From positions 64,001 to 128,000 of the forward strand of contig CAVSQW010000001.1 of assembly GCA_963730185.1 (NCBI GenBank): a stretch of DNA of 64,000 nt. Direction: 5' to 3'. This DNA comes from an uncultured Gemmatimonadales bacterium (GTDB lineage: Bacteria; Gemmatimonadota; Gemmatimonadetes; Gemmatimonadales; GWC2-71-9). Below the pieces are notes generated by a model. It saw only the letters and a program-made list of their open reading frames with translations, searched no databases and had not been told where the DNA came from. Below, one piece after another: positions 9,908 through 20,802 of the stretch (within the stretch, counting starts at the first letter, position 1; each line of letters opens with the position of its first letter). The translations under genes were made by a program, and so were the position numbers.

Positions 9908-12390
9908 TCCGGCTCGGACTCTCGGCCGCGGTGCTCGGGCTCGCCGGGTTGGGTGGGGCCACGATGGCGTGCGCCGGTCAGGAGCCCGAGGGTACCCTCC
10001 GGAGCCGGGTCGAGCGGCTGATCGACCGGGGCCGCGCCGACGAGGCGGTCGCGCTGGCTCGGCGAGTGCCGGCCGATTCGCTGGCGGCCACCCTGGGCGA
10101 TGCCCTGGCCGCGCGAGGACGCCTGGCCGACGCCCGGGCCGCCTTCGAGCGGGCGGCCCGGAGTCCCGGATCCGAGCGGCGTTACGCGGCGGCCCGGATT
10201 GCCGAGCTGGCGGAGCGGACCGGCCGGTACGACGCCGCGGCGCGGGGCGCGGCGGACCTGCTCCGGTCGATCGATCCGGGCTCACCACTCTCGGCCGCCG
10301 ACTGGCTGGCGTACGGAATCGCGAGCCGCCTCGCGGGCCGGGCCGATCCGGCTCGATTCAAGGACGCGCTCGACGCCTTCGATCGGGCCCTCGCCGGGGA
10401 CTCGACCTGGCTCGAGCCGGCCCTCCGGGTGGGCGATCTCTTTCTCGACAAGTACAACGCCCCCGACGCCAAAGACGCGTATACCGGTCTGATGCGGCAC
10501 GATCCCGGTAACCCCCGCGCCCTGCTCGGCCTTGCCGCGGTCCGCGTCTTCAACGGCGACCCGGGCGGCTACGCCGCTACGGTGAAGGCGGTCGAGGCCG
10601 CCCCCGGCCTTCCCGCGGCGACCGCCCTCTTGGCCCGCCTCGACCTCGATGCCGAAGCCTTCGACTCGGCGACGGCCCGGGCCGGCCGGGCCATCGAGTT
10701 GGATTCGACCGCCCTCGAGGCCTGGGCGGTGTTGGGCGCGGCGGACCTGCTTCGCGACGACACCACGGGCTATCGACGAATCGAAAGCGGGGTCCGAGTC
10801 TGGAACCCGGCTCCGGTCCCGTTCTACGTGGCGATCGCCGAGGCCCTGGGCCGGCAGCGCCGCTACGCCCAGGCGGCCTCGTTGGGTCGGGTGGCGGTCG
10901 GTCTGGCACCGGACGATCCCGGGGCCCTGACCGTGCTGGGCACCAATCAGCTCCGGTTGGGGATGATCGACAGCGGTCGGGCCAGCCTGGAACGTGCCTT
11001 CGCTCGCGATCCGTACCACGTCTGGAACAAGAACACCCTCGATCTGCTCGACCAGCTCGCCACCTATCGCACCGTCTCGACCCGGCGGTTCCAACTGGTC
11101 GGGGCGCCGCGCGAGATCGAGATCCTGGGCCCCTATCTGGAGCCGATCCTCGAGCACGCCTTCGACTCGCTCGCGAACCGGTACCACTATCGGCCGCCGA
11201 CCCCGGTCCGGCTCGAGATCTATAGCCGCCACGCCGATTTCTCCGTCCGCACGGTCGGTCTGGTGGGGCTCGGCGCCCTGGGGGTGAGCTTCGGCAGCGT
11301 GTTGGCCATGGATGCGCCGTCCGCCCGCGAGAGAGGCGATTTCAACTGGGGGTCGACCGCCTGGCACGAGCTGGCCCACGCCTTCACGCTCGGCGTGAGC
11401 GACCACAAGGTGCCGCGCTGGCTCTCGGAAGGCCTCTCCGTATTCGAGGAGCGCCGAGCGCGGGCGGGGTGGGGCGCCAACGCAACGCTCGCGTTCCTCT
11501 CGGCGTACAAAGGGGGAAAACTCAAACCGGTCAGCATCCTGAACGACGGGTTCGTCCGACCCGACTCGCCGATGCAGGTGCCGTGGTCGTACTACGAGGC
11601 GTCGCTGGTGTGCGAGTTCGTCACCGAACGCTGGGGCTTCGACGCGATTTTGGGGATGCTCGACGGCTATCGCCGCGGCCTGGCGACGCCCGACGTGTTC
11701 CGGACCGTGCTCCAGCTCGAACCGGAGGCGTTGGACCGGCAGTTCGATGCCTGGTTCCGAGCCCGGTTTGCCGGCGCGCTGGAGCAGGTCGGCGCCGCCC
11801 GCGACTCATCGGTCGACGCCGGTGAGCTCGGCACCCTGCTCCGGAGCGGCGCCGCGCTACTGGCCCAGGGGCGAACGAAGGAGGCGATCGGCGTGCTCGA
11901 GCGGGTCGAGGAGGCGTTCCCGGCTCAGGGCGACGGCGAGAGCGCGGCCTGGCTCCTGACCCAGGCCTATCAGCGTCAGGGTGACACGGCCAAGGCGCTG
12001 GCGCAGGTGGACCGCGCCACCCGCTACAACGACACCCAGCTCGACGCCAATCGGCTCGAGGCGGCCCTCCGGACGGCCAGCGGTGATCGGGCCGGCGCGA
12101 TGGCGGCCCTCGAGCGGGCGATCTTCATCGATCCCTACGATCCGGTCGTCCACGCGCAGTTGGCGGCGCTCGCGTCGGCCACCGGTGCGCATGAGGAGGC
12201 GGTGAGAGAGCGGAAGGTGATCCTGGCGCTCGACCCGACCGACAAGGCGGAGGCTGGATATCAGCTGGCGGTGGCGTATCGTGATGCGGGTGACCTGGAA
12301 TCGGCCCGGCGCCAGGTGTTGCGGGTGCTCGAGGCCGCGCCATCCTTCGAGCGGGCGCAGACGTTGCTGCTGGAGCTGAGGAGGCCCTGA
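9904..12390 (+). CDS. TPR-repeat protein with a central peptidase MA-like (gluzincin) domain
   Basis: Signal peptide; TPR arrays at both ends; WHELAH...VPRWLSEGL zinc motif. Confidence 0.8.
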   Translation: MIRLGLSAAVLGLAGLGGATMACAGQEPEGTLRSRVERLIDRGRADEAVALARRVPADSLAATLGDALAARGRLADARAAFERAARSPGSERRYAAARIAELAERTGRYDAAARGAADLLRSIDPGSPLSAADWLAYGIASRLAGRADPARFKDALDAFDRALAGDSTWLEPALRVGDLFLDKYNAPDAKDAYTGLMRHDPGNPRALLGLAAVRVFNGDPGGYAATVKAVEAAPGLPAATALLARLDLDAEAFDSATARAGRAIELDSTALEAWAVLGAADLLRDDTTGYRRIESGVRVWNPAPVPFYVAIAEALGRQRRYAQAASLGRVAVGLAPDDPGALTVLGTNQLRLGMIDSGRASLERAFARDPYHVWNKNTLDLLDQLATYRTVSTRRFQLVGAPREIEILGPYLEPILEHAFDSLANRYHYRPPTPVRLEIYSRHADFSVRTVGLVGLGALGVSFGSVLAMDAPSARERGDFNWGSTAWHELAHAFTLGVSDHKVPRWLSEGLSVFEERRARAGWGANATLAFLSAYKGGKLKPVSILNDGFVRPDSPMQVPWSYYEASLVCEFVTERWGFDAILGMLDGYRRGLATPDVFRTVLQLEPEALDRQFDAWFRARFAGALEQVGAARDSSVDAGELGTLLRSGAALLAQGRTKEAIGVLERVEEAFPAQGDGESAAWLLTQAYQRQGDTAKALAQVDRATRYNDTQLDANRLEAALRTASGDRAGAMAALERAIFIDPYDPVVHAQLAALASATGAHEEAVRERKVILALDPTDKAEAGYQLAVAYRDAGDLESARRQVLRVLEAAPSFERAQTLLLELRRP

Positions 12391-12391
12391 G

Positions 12392-13174
12392 ATGCGAATC
12401 GACGGTCCGATCCGGGGGATGGTGATCGTCTGCCTGCTGGCGGGCGCGGCTCCCCTCGCGGCCCAGGAGGGTCCCGGGGCGTTCTCGTACGAGCCGTTCC
12501 ATCCCAACGTCCCGTACGACGGCCGGTTCACCTTCGCCCGGATCCGGTACGCGACGCCGCTCAACACCTTCGGCGGCTTCAGCCGGCGGGGCCGGATCGA
12601 CTACAAGTGGGATCACGATTATCCCCGAGCGGAGCGGCACTTCACCAAGATCCTCGACGAGCTCACCACGATCTGGCCGAACCTCGACGCCAGCAACATC
12701 TTCCGGCTCGACGATCCGGAGCTCCTCAAGTTTCCCATCGCCTATATGTGCGAGGTCGGGTACTGGGACCCGAACGACAAGGAAGTCGAGGGACTCCGCG
12801 AGTACCTGCTCAAGGGCGGCTTTCTGATCGTCGACGACTTCGCCGGCCGCGACATCTTCAACTTCAACGCCAAGATGCTCAAGGTGCTACCAGAAGCTCG
12901 CCCGATCCGGCTCACCAAGGATCAGCCGATCTTCGACTCGTTCTACCGGATCGACTCGCTGGACTACCGGCACCCCTACTACAACGTCGAGTCCGAGTTC
13001 TGGGGGATCTTCGAGGACAACGATCCCGCCAAGCGGCTGATGGTGATCATCAACTACAACAACGACATCTCCGAGTACTGGGAGTTCTCCGACACCGGAT
13101 ACTTCCCGATCGATCTGTCGAACACGGCATACAAGCTGGGCGTGAACTACCTCGTCTACGCTCTCACCCGCTGA
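12392..13174 (+). CDS. DUF4159 domain protein, exported
   Basis: Signal peptide; FTFARIRY, W.HDYP.AE, LREYLLKGGFLIVDDF and LGVNYLVYALT motifs. Confidence 0.8.
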   Translation: MRIDGPIRGMVIVCLLAGAAPLAAQEGPGAFSYEPFHPNVPYDGRFTFARIRYATPLNTFGGFSRRGRIDYKWDHDYPRAERHFTKILDELTTIWPNLDASNIFRLDDPELLKFPIAYMCEVGYWDPNDKEVEGLREYLLKGGFLIVDDFAGRDIFNFNAKMLKVLPEARPIRLTKDQPIFDSFYRIDSLDYRHPYYNVESEFWGIFEDNDPAKRLMVIINYNNDISEYWEFSDTGYFPIDLSNTAYKLGVNYLVYALTR

Positions 13175-13188
13175 CCTCGAGGCCAGGC

Positions 13189-14226
13189 GTGACTCTTTCG
13201 ACCACCCCCCCGACCGGTTCCGACCTCCAGGGCGACGACCGCGAGCTGGCCGAGCGGCTCCACCGCGCGGGCCAGCGGATTCGGACCGAGCTGGGCAAGC
13301 GGATCATCGGGCAGGAAGACGTGGTGGAGCAATCCCTGGTGGCGCTCCTGGCCGGCGGCAATTGCCTTCTGGTCGGTGTCCCAGGCCTGGCCAAGACCCT
13401 CCTGGTCCAATCGCTGGCGGAAGTGCTCGATCTTCGGTTCTCACGGATTCAGTTCACGCCCGATCTGATGCCGTCGGACGTGACCGGGACCGACGTGATT
13501 CAGGACGACCCCGGTGGTGGGCGCCGGCTGGTGTTCGTTCCCGGGCCGATCTTCGCCAACATCGTGCTGGCCGACGAGATCAACCGGACACCCCCGAAGA
13601 CACAGGCCGCCTTGCTCGAAGCGATGCAGGAGCGCCGGGTCACGGTCCAGGGCAAGACCTACATGCTCGAACCGCCCTTCCACGTGTTCGCCACCCAGAA
13701 CCCGATCGAGCTCGAAGGCACCTATCCGCTGCCGGAAGCGCAGCTCGACCGCTTTCTCTTCGAGGTAGTGCTCGATTACCTCCCCGAGGCCGACGAGATC
13801 CGGGTGGCTCGGGAGACCACGTCGGTCCAGCAGATCACCATGGAGCGGGTGGTGACCGGAGCGGAGCTCATCGCCTACCAGCACCTGGTGCGCCAGGTGC
13901 CCGTGGCCGACGCCGTGGTTCGCTACGCCGTCCAGCTGGCCCGGATGACCCGGCCGGTGACGGAGGGCGTGCCCGACTTCGTCGGCAAGTGGGTGGCGTA
14001 CGGCGCCAGCGTCCGGGCGGCGCAGGCACTGCTCCTCGGCGGCAAGGCCCGAGCGCTGCTCCAGGGCCGTCCGCACGTGAACTACGACGACGTTCGCTCG
14101 CTGGCCGCGCCGGTCTTCCGCCACCGGATCCTGCTCAACTTCCAAGCCCAGTCGGAGCGGGTCACGACCGACCGGATCATCGAACAGCTGCTCGCGGCCG
14201 TCCCAGTACCGCGGTCGGGTCTCTGA
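13189..14226 (+). CDS. moxR: MoxR family AAA+ ATPase
   Basis: GVPGLAKT, RIQFTPDLMPSD, LADEINRTPPKTQAALLEAMQE and ATQNPIELEGTYPLPEAQLDRF motifs. Start taken at GTG 13189. Confidence 0.95.
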   Translation: MTLSTTPPTGSDLQGDDRELAERLHRAGQRIRTELGKRIIGQEDVVEQSLVALLAGGNCLLVGVPGLAKTLLVQSLAEVLDLRFSRIQFTPDLMPSDVTGTDVIQDDPGGGRRLVFVPGPIFANIVLADEINRTPPKTQAALLEAMQERRVTVQGKTYMLEPPFHVFATQNPIELEGTYPLPEAQLDRFLFEVVLDYLPEADEIRVARETTSVQQITMERVVTGAELIAYQHLVRQVPVADAVVRYAVQLARMTRPVTEGVPDFVGKWVAYGASVRAAQALLLGGKARALLQGRPHVNYDDVRSLAAPVFRHRILLNFQAQSERVTTDRIIEQLLAAVPVPRSGL

Positions 14227-14227
14227 G

Positions 14228-15130
14228 ATGGCGCGCGGCCCGACGACCGGCTCCCTGGACCCGACGGTCCTGGCGCGGATCGGCGATCTCGAGCTGATCG
14301 CGCGAACCGTGGTGCAGGGGTTCATGCATGGGTTGCACCGAGCGCCGCGCCTGGGACACTCCACCGACTTCGCGGAGCATCGCCCGTATCAGCCGGGCGA
14401 TGATATCCGGCGGATCGATTGGCGGATTTACGGACGGACCGACCGCCACTACGTGAAGGAGTTCGAGGCCGACACCAACGCGGCCGTGGTGCTGGCGGTC
14501 GACGTGTCGAAGTCGATGGACTATGGCTCGGGCGCGGTTCGGAAGTTCGACTACGCCCGGATGTTGGCTGCGGCACTCGCCTGGTTCTCGCAGCGCCAAG
14601 GCGATCGGATCGGCCTGGTGCTCTACGCCGACGGGATCCGGGAGTACGTGCCGCCCTCGACCCGTCACCTCTCCCTGGTGCTGCACACCCTCGAGCGAGC
14701 GACGCCGGCCGGCGTGGCCGGCGGCCCCGAGGCGATTCCCCTGATCAGCGAGCTCCTGACCCGAACCGGCGTTACCGTCTTCGTCTCCGACTGGTACGCC
14801 GAGCCGGCGACGGTCGCTCAGGCGCTCGGGAGCGTGCACGCCCGAGGGCACGACGTGGCCGCGTTCCACGTGATCGACCCGGCGGAGCGAGCCTTCCCCT
14901 TCGAGGAGATCGCGAGCTTCGAGGATCTCGAAACCGAAGAGCGGGTGCCGGTGGTGCCCGGGACGCTCCGGGCCCGATATCAGGCGCTCTACCAGGCCCA
15001 TCTCGAGAGCCTCCGCCGTGAGCTCAGCACGTCGGGCATCGACTACGCCCCGATCGAGACCTCCACGCCCCTCGACCTGGCGCTCTACGAGTATCTCGTC
15101 CGGCGAGAAGCCCTGGCTCGGGTGCGCTGA
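14228..15130 (+). CDS. DUF58 domain (vWA-like) protein
   Basis: G.H.....G.STDFAEHRPYQPGDDIRRIDW and DVSKSM motifs; directly follows moxR. Confidence 0.92.
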   Translation: MARGPTTGSLDPTVLARIGDLELIARTVVQGFMHGLHRAPRLGHSTDFAEHRPYQPGDDIRRIDWRIYGRTDRHYVKEFEADTNAAVVLAVDVSKSMDYGSGAVRKFDYARMLAAALAWFSQRQGDRIGLVLYADGIREYVPPSTRHLSLVLHTLERATPAGVAGGPEAIPLISELLTRTGVTVFVSDWYAEPATVAQALGSVHARGHDVAAFHVIDPAERAFPFEEIASFEDLETEERVPVVPGTLRARYQALYQAHLESLRRELSTSGIDYAPIETSTPLDLALYEYLVRREALARVR

Positions 15131-17187
15131 TGAGCCTCTCCTTCCTCGTCCCCGCGTTCCTGGCAGGGTTGGCGGCGATCGTCGTGCCGATCGTAGTGCA
15201 CCTCCGCCAGCGGGAGCGCAAGGAGCCGATCCGCTTCCCGTCGCTGATGTTCCTGGCCCGGGTGCCGCATCGTACCGCCGAACGGCGGAGGCTCACCAAT
15301 CTGCTGCTCCTCCTGCTCCGCGGCCTCGCGGTCACGCTGTTGGTGGTGGCGTTCGCCCGGCCGTTCATCAAGAAGACGCCGGACCAGGTTCGGGCCCGGA
15401 TCCGGAGCCGGGCCCTGATCGTGCTGCTCGATCGCTCGATGAGCATGGGGTACGCAGGCGTCTGGGACCGGGCTCGGGACTCCGTGCGGGCCGCCCTGAA
15501 CGGATTGGCTCCGGGCGACCTGGCCGGCCTGGTGGAATTCGACTCCCGGGCGGTGATCGCGCAGCCGCTCACCGCCAATCGCGAGCTGGTGCGGGCCAAG
15601 CTGGCCGAGCTCGTGCCCGGCGGGGCGGACACCCGGTTCGCGCCGGCGTTTCGGCTCGCTCGCGAGGTTGCCCGCGACGCCGGCGACGCGAAGGTGGAGA
15701 TTCTCCTGGTTTCCGATCTCCAGCGTCATGCGATTCCCGGGCTCGAGACGGTCGACCCGGTCCAGGGCGCGACCCTCCGGATCGCCGCCGTCGGACCGGA
15801 CGGCGCCGGCAACGCCCGGGTGGTCTCGGTCGACGCCAGCCGCTCGCTCGAGGGGCGCCAGGTCGTGCTCCGGGTGAGCGCCCGCGTGGCCAGCAAAGAG
15901 GCGACCGAGCGAGCCACCCGGGCCACCCTGACCGTCGACGGGCGAGACCTGACGTCCACCGGCGCCGTCCTCGCCCCGAGCGGGGTGACGGCCGTCACCT
16001 TCGATCCGGTTCGGGTTCCGGCCACGGCCCGCGACGCGTCGGTCCGCCTCGATCCCGACGGCCTCCCGGCCGACGACGACTATCGGTTCGAGCTGGCTGG
16101 ACCCGCCGGGGTTCGGGTTGCCCTCCTGCTTCCCTCCGGTCAGCCGGCCGGCGAGTCGCTGTTCCTGGAGCGAGCGCTGGCGATCAGTCGGGCGCCGACG
16201 CTCACGGTAAGCATCGCGCGTGGAGCGGTCCGGGCGTCGGACCTCCAGACCGTCTCGGTGGTCGTCGCCGCCGACCTCGCCGCCCTCGGCGCCCGGTCGG
16301 CGGCTGCGGTCCGCCGCCTGGTGGACCGGGGCGGCGGCCTCGTGGTCTTTACCGGGTCCCGCGGCGCGCCCGAGGCCCCGGCCGGTCCGGGCTGGCTTCC
16401 CGCCCGAACCGGTCGGGTGATCGATCGAGCCACCGACCGAGGTGCTTCCTTCGGCTATCTCAACCGGGATCACCCGGTGTTCGAGCCGTTCCAGGAGACG
16501 ATCGCCACCGACTTCGGGTCGGCCCGTTACTTCCGCTACCACGAGCTGATGCCCGATTCCGCCGCCGACGTGCTGGCCCGCTTCGACGACGGTCGGCCCG
16601 CCATCGTGGCCGGCGCTCTAGGCAGCGGCCGGATCGTGATGATGGCCTCGCCGGCCGACGGTCTCTGGAACGACCTGCCCTTGCAGCCCGTCTTCCTCCC
16701 CTTGGTCCAACGGCTGGTGAGCTGGGCCGGCACCCTCGGCGAAGAGCGGCAGGCGTTCGAGGTGGGCGACGTGGCGGTGCTCCCCGCCACGGGAACCGCT
16801 CTGACGGTCGACCAGCCCGATGGCGAGCGGCAGCGGGTCGAGCCGGACACGGCCGCGCGAACCCTCGCGCTCGCGGCGCCCGGGTTCTATGCCGTGCGCC
16901 GCGACGGCGCCGAGACGACGCCGGTCGCGTCGTATGCGGTCAATCCGCCGGCCGCCGAATCCGACCTGACCTTCGCCGCGCCGGCCGAGATTGCCGGAGC
17001 GCTGCGGGTGAGCGGTGATTCGGGCACGATGGGCGAGCCGGTGCTGCCACTCAGCGCGGCCGAACAGGAAGCCCGGCAGTCCTGGTGGGCCTGGATTCTG
17101 CTGGCGGCGATCGGACTCCTGGTCGTCGAGACCTGGTATGCCGCCCGGCGCTCCGGACGAGTAGGTTATGGAAGGGGGTCCGCATGA
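15130..17187 (+). CDS. BatA N-terminal plus vWA domain membrane protein
   Basis: SFLVP.FL.GLAA..VPI.VHL...IRFPSLMFL...AFARP (BatA); MIDAS LLDRSMSM; C-terminal ESDL and TM helix. Confidence 0.88.
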   Translation: MSLSFLVPAFLAGLAAIVVPIVVHLRQRERKEPIRFPSLMFLARVPHRTAERRRLTNLLLLLLRGLAVTLLVVAFARPFIKKTPDQVRARIRSRALIVLLDRSMSMGYAGVWDRARDSVRAALNGLAPGDLAGLVEFDSRAVIAQPLTANRELVRAKLAELVPGGADTRFAPAFRLAREVARDAGDAKVEILLVSDLQRHAIPGLETVDPVQGATLRIAAVGPDGAGNARVVSVDASRSLEGRQVVLRVSARVASKEATERATRATLTVDGRDLTSTGAVLAPSGVTAVTFDPVRVPATARDASVRLDPDGLPADDDYRFELAGPAGVRVALLLPSGQPAGESLFLERALAISRAPTLTVSIARGAVRASDLQTVSVVVAADLAALGARSAAAVRRLVDRGGGLVVFTGSRGAPEAPAGPGWLPARTGRVIDRATDRGASFGYLNRDHPVFEPFQETIATDFGSARYFRYHELMPDSAADVLARFDDGRPAIVAGALGSGRIVMMASPADGLWNDLPLQPVFLPLVQRLVSWAGTLGEERQAFEVGDVAVLPATGTALTVDQPDGERQRVEPDTAARTLALAAPGFYAVRRDGAETTPVASYAVNPPAAESDLTFAAPAEIAGALRVSGDSGTMGEPVLPLSAAEQEARQSWWAWILLAAIGLLVVETWYAARRSGRVGYGRGSA

Positions 17188-20100
17188 CTGATCGCGACGC
17201 GATTCTCGACAGCCTGGAACGGGTCCGGCGTCGCTGGCGCCTCCGGCTGGTGCTCGAGGCCGGGGTCTGGGCCGGCGCCGCCGTGCTCGGCATCGGGTTG
17301 GTCTGGTTCCTGGTAGGCCGGGTGGGGCTGTCGGCGCCGGTCGTGGACGGTGTCCGGGTCGCGCTCTGGGTCGGCCTGGCCGGGGTGCTCGGCGTCCTGA
17401 TCGTCCGCACCGTCCGTCGCCGGGCGGACGACGCGGCGGTGGCCCTCTATCTCGAGGAGCACGAGCCGGAGCTGGCCCAGTCGCTGCTGAGCGCCGTCGA
17501 CGTGATCCGAGGCGAGCCGGGACCAGCCTCCCCGATGCTGGTCGAGCGGCTGTTGACCGTGACCCGTCAGCGGCTCGAGACGGCCGAGTATGGTCGGCGG
17601 GTCGACCGGCGGCGGCTCCGGCGGGCGGCGGGCACCCTCGCGACCATGACGCTGGGTTCGGTCGCGCTCCTGCTGCTCGGACCGACCTCCCTCCGGACCT
17701 CGGCCACGACCCTGTTCGACCCTCGGAGCCACGCCCCGGTGGTGGAGCCCTTTTCGGTGAGCGTGGACCCCGGGAACGCGACCGTACCCAAGGGTGGGGC
17801 CCAGGCGATCGCGGCGGTGCTGGGCGGCTTCAGCAGCGAAGCCGCCGACTTGGTGTTCCGGAGCGATTCCGCCGGCGAGTGGGAGCGGATCCCGATGGAG
17901 CGCGACTCCTTGGCCGGCCGCTTCCTGAGTCGGCTCTTCGACGTGAGCAAGCCGACCGAGTACTACGTCGAGGCCGACGGGGTGCGATCGCCGGCCTTCC
18001 GGCTCGACGTCGTGGACCTGCCCGCGGTCCGCCGCCTCCAGGCGACGATCCGCTATCCTGCCTACACCGGTCTCCCGGCCGAGACCATCGAAGACGCCGG
18101 CGATCTGGCGGTGCTCAAGGGCGCCACAGTGACCATTCACGCGACCACGACCCGGCCGGCCCGGGGCGCCTCGCTGGTGGTGCTGGACGGCGCCCCGATC
18201 GCCATGAACGCCTCGTCCGGCGGCGCGTTCGACGGGACCTTCCGGGCCACCGCCGACGGCTTCTACCGGATCGACTTGATCGCCGCCGACGGACGCGAGG
18301 TTCGGGGCTCGCTCGAGTATGCGATCGACGTGCTCGAGGATTCCCCGCCCACCGTCCGGGTGACCGAGCCCGGCCGGGACACCAAGGTCACCAGCATCGA
18401 GGAGGTCATGACCCGGGTCGAGGCCGCCGATGACTACGGCGTGCGGAACGTCCGGCTGCATCTCACCGTCAACGGCGGTCCCGAGCAGGTGGTCAGCGTG
18501 GTCGACTCGGCGGTCGGCTCCAGGAAGGAAGTGAGCGCCGGCCACACCCTCTTCCTGGAAGAGTGGTCGCTCACCCCCGGCGACCTGATCTCCTACTACG
18601 CCGAGGCGTCGGACGGGTTGGGCCAGTCGGCCCGGAGCGACCTCTACTTCCTCGACGTCCGGCCCTTCGACAAGGCATATCGGGAGGCCGATCAGCAGGG
18701 CGGTGGTGGTGGCGGCGACGGCAACACGCCCGAGGGTCTGTCGGAGCAGCAGAAGCAGGTGATCGTGGGGACCTTCAACGTGGTCCGGGACAGCGCGACC
18801 CAGGTCGACCGGGTCTGGCGCGAGAACCTGACCACTCTGGCCATCTCACAGGGGCGGCTGCGCGAACAGGTGGCGGAGCTGGTGGGCCGGATGAAGCAGC
18901 GCAACGTGGCGCACGTCGACTCCACCTTTGCGCTGATCGCCACCGAGCTCGATTCAGCGGAGCAGGTGATGCGGCGCGCTGAGGAGGGTCTCGGACGGCA
19001 ACGCCCCCGGGAGGCGATGCCTGACGAGGAGAAGGCTCTCCGTCACCTCCAGCGGGCCGAGGCGGCCTACCGGGAGACCCAGATCTCTCAGGGTGGGGGA
19101 GGGGGGGGAGGCGGTGGCGGCTCGCAGGCCAACGCCGAGGATCTCGCCGATCTCTTCGAGCTCCAGACCGACAAGCTGAAGAACCAGTACGAGTCGGTCC
19201 AGCAGGAGTCCTCGCGCCGGAGCGAGAGCAAGCTGGACGAGACTCTCGAGAGGCTCCGCCGACTGGCCAGTCGCCAGCAGCAGGAGAACGAGCGGATGCA
19301 ACGGATGGCCGACGCCCTCCGGAACCGGTCGGGCCGGGCCGGCGGGGGCGGCGGCTCGCAGCGCGACCTGGCCCAGGAGACCGAGGAGGCCGCCCGCCAG
19401 CTGGAGCGGCTCTCCCGGGAGCGGAACGATCCCGGCCTCGCGGAGACGGCCCGCCAGCTCCGGCAGGCCGCCGAGGCCATGCGGAAGGCCGCGGCGGGCG
19501 GGGCCCAGCAGGGCGGGGCTCAGGGTGACGACGCTCTGGACCGCCTCAAACAGGCCACCAAGGGTCTCGAGCGGGCCCGTCAGGAGGGTCGCCGGGAGCA
19601 GATCCGGCAGCTCGCCGATCAGGCCGACGAGCTCCGCCGGCGCCAACAGGACGTCGGTCGGGACGCCCGCCAGCTCCCGAGCGATCCCACCGCGCGGAAC
19701 GAGCGGATCGCGGCCGTCCGGGCCCGGAAGGACGAGCTCGCTCGCGAGGTGGACCAACTCGAAAGCGAGGCCGACCGGCTGGCCAAGTCGGTCGGCAGGG
19801 ATCAGCCCAAGGCGTCCCGCGACCTGAGCGAGGCCGCCGAGGGCCTCCGGACCGACCGGGTCAGGGACAAGCTGGCCTTCTCTAAGGGCCTGGTCGGCCG
19901 GGGCGCGGAGGAGTACCTCGAGAATATGGAGAAGTCGATCGGCGACAACCTGGGCAGCGCGAGCGAGCGGCTGCACCGGGCCGCGGGATCGCTCGAGACG
20001 CCGGCCGGAAGTCGGGAGGCCGCCGCCCTGGACCGGGCCCGCGACCTGGTCCGTGGCCTGGAGTCGCTCCGCGATCGCGCCCGCGCCGCGCAGGACCGGG

Positions 20101-20757
20101 CTCGCCAAGACGGCGAAGCCCGGCAGCCGGACCAGGCGGGGAAACCGGGACAGGCGGGGCAGCCCGGACAACCAGGTCGTCAGCCCGGCGAGGGCGACCG
20201 GGCCGGCGCAAGCCGACCGGGCCGGCCAAGCCGGCCGGGAGCCGGGTCAGTCAGGCCGGCCGGGCGAGCAAGGTAGGCAGGGGCAGCCGGGTCGGCCAGG
20301 GCAACCCGGTGGAGACCAGCCGGGCCCACCCCCGTCCAATGCCCAGCCGGGCAACGGCCCGCCGAACGGCACGATGCCGGGCCGGAACGGCCGTCTCGAC
20401 CCGGGTCAGGCCCGTCAGTTCGTGCGCGATCTCCGGAGCCGCCGGGCGGTCGCCGAGTCGCTCCGGGCCGACCTCCGGACGTTAGGACAGGACGCTGGTG
20501 ACATCGATCGGCTGATCGGCCAGTTCCGCGAGCTCGAGACCCCGGCCACGTTCGGGGACGTTCGCGGGCTCGCTCGGCTCGAGAACGATCTGATCGATCA
20601 ACTCAAGGATCTCGAGTTCGCGCTCTGGCGGAAGTTCGGCGAGGACGAAGGACAGCGGCCGGCCCTCGGCGCCTCGGCCCGGGTACCGCCCAAGTACCGG
20701 GAGCTGGTCGAGGAGTACTATCGCTCGTTGGCGCGGGAGCGGCCCAAGACGCCCTGA
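17184..20757 (+). CDS. Large membrane-anchored coiled-coil protein (DUF4175-like), with a frameshift near 20208
   Basis: Three N-terminal TM helices; Ig-like region (YPAYTGLP, AADDYGV); long Q/E/R helical region; Gly-X-Y tract; terminal VPPKYRELVEEYYRSLA in ORF 20053..20757. Confidence 0.75.
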
Positions 20758-20776
20758 TAAGGACTGGCCGGTCGGC

Positions 20777-20802
20777 GAAACAGTCGATTTCGAGCCCGCG
20801 TA
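20777..20802 (+). promoter_or_regulatory. Putative ECF-sigma promoter GAAAC-N17-CGTA
   Basis: GAAAC 20777-20781, CGTA 20799-20802, 27 nt before ATG 20830. Confidence 0.6.

Noticed and set aside
19091..19121. G-rich tract with quadruplex potential
   Set aside because: Explained by a poly-Gly linker in the coding frame.
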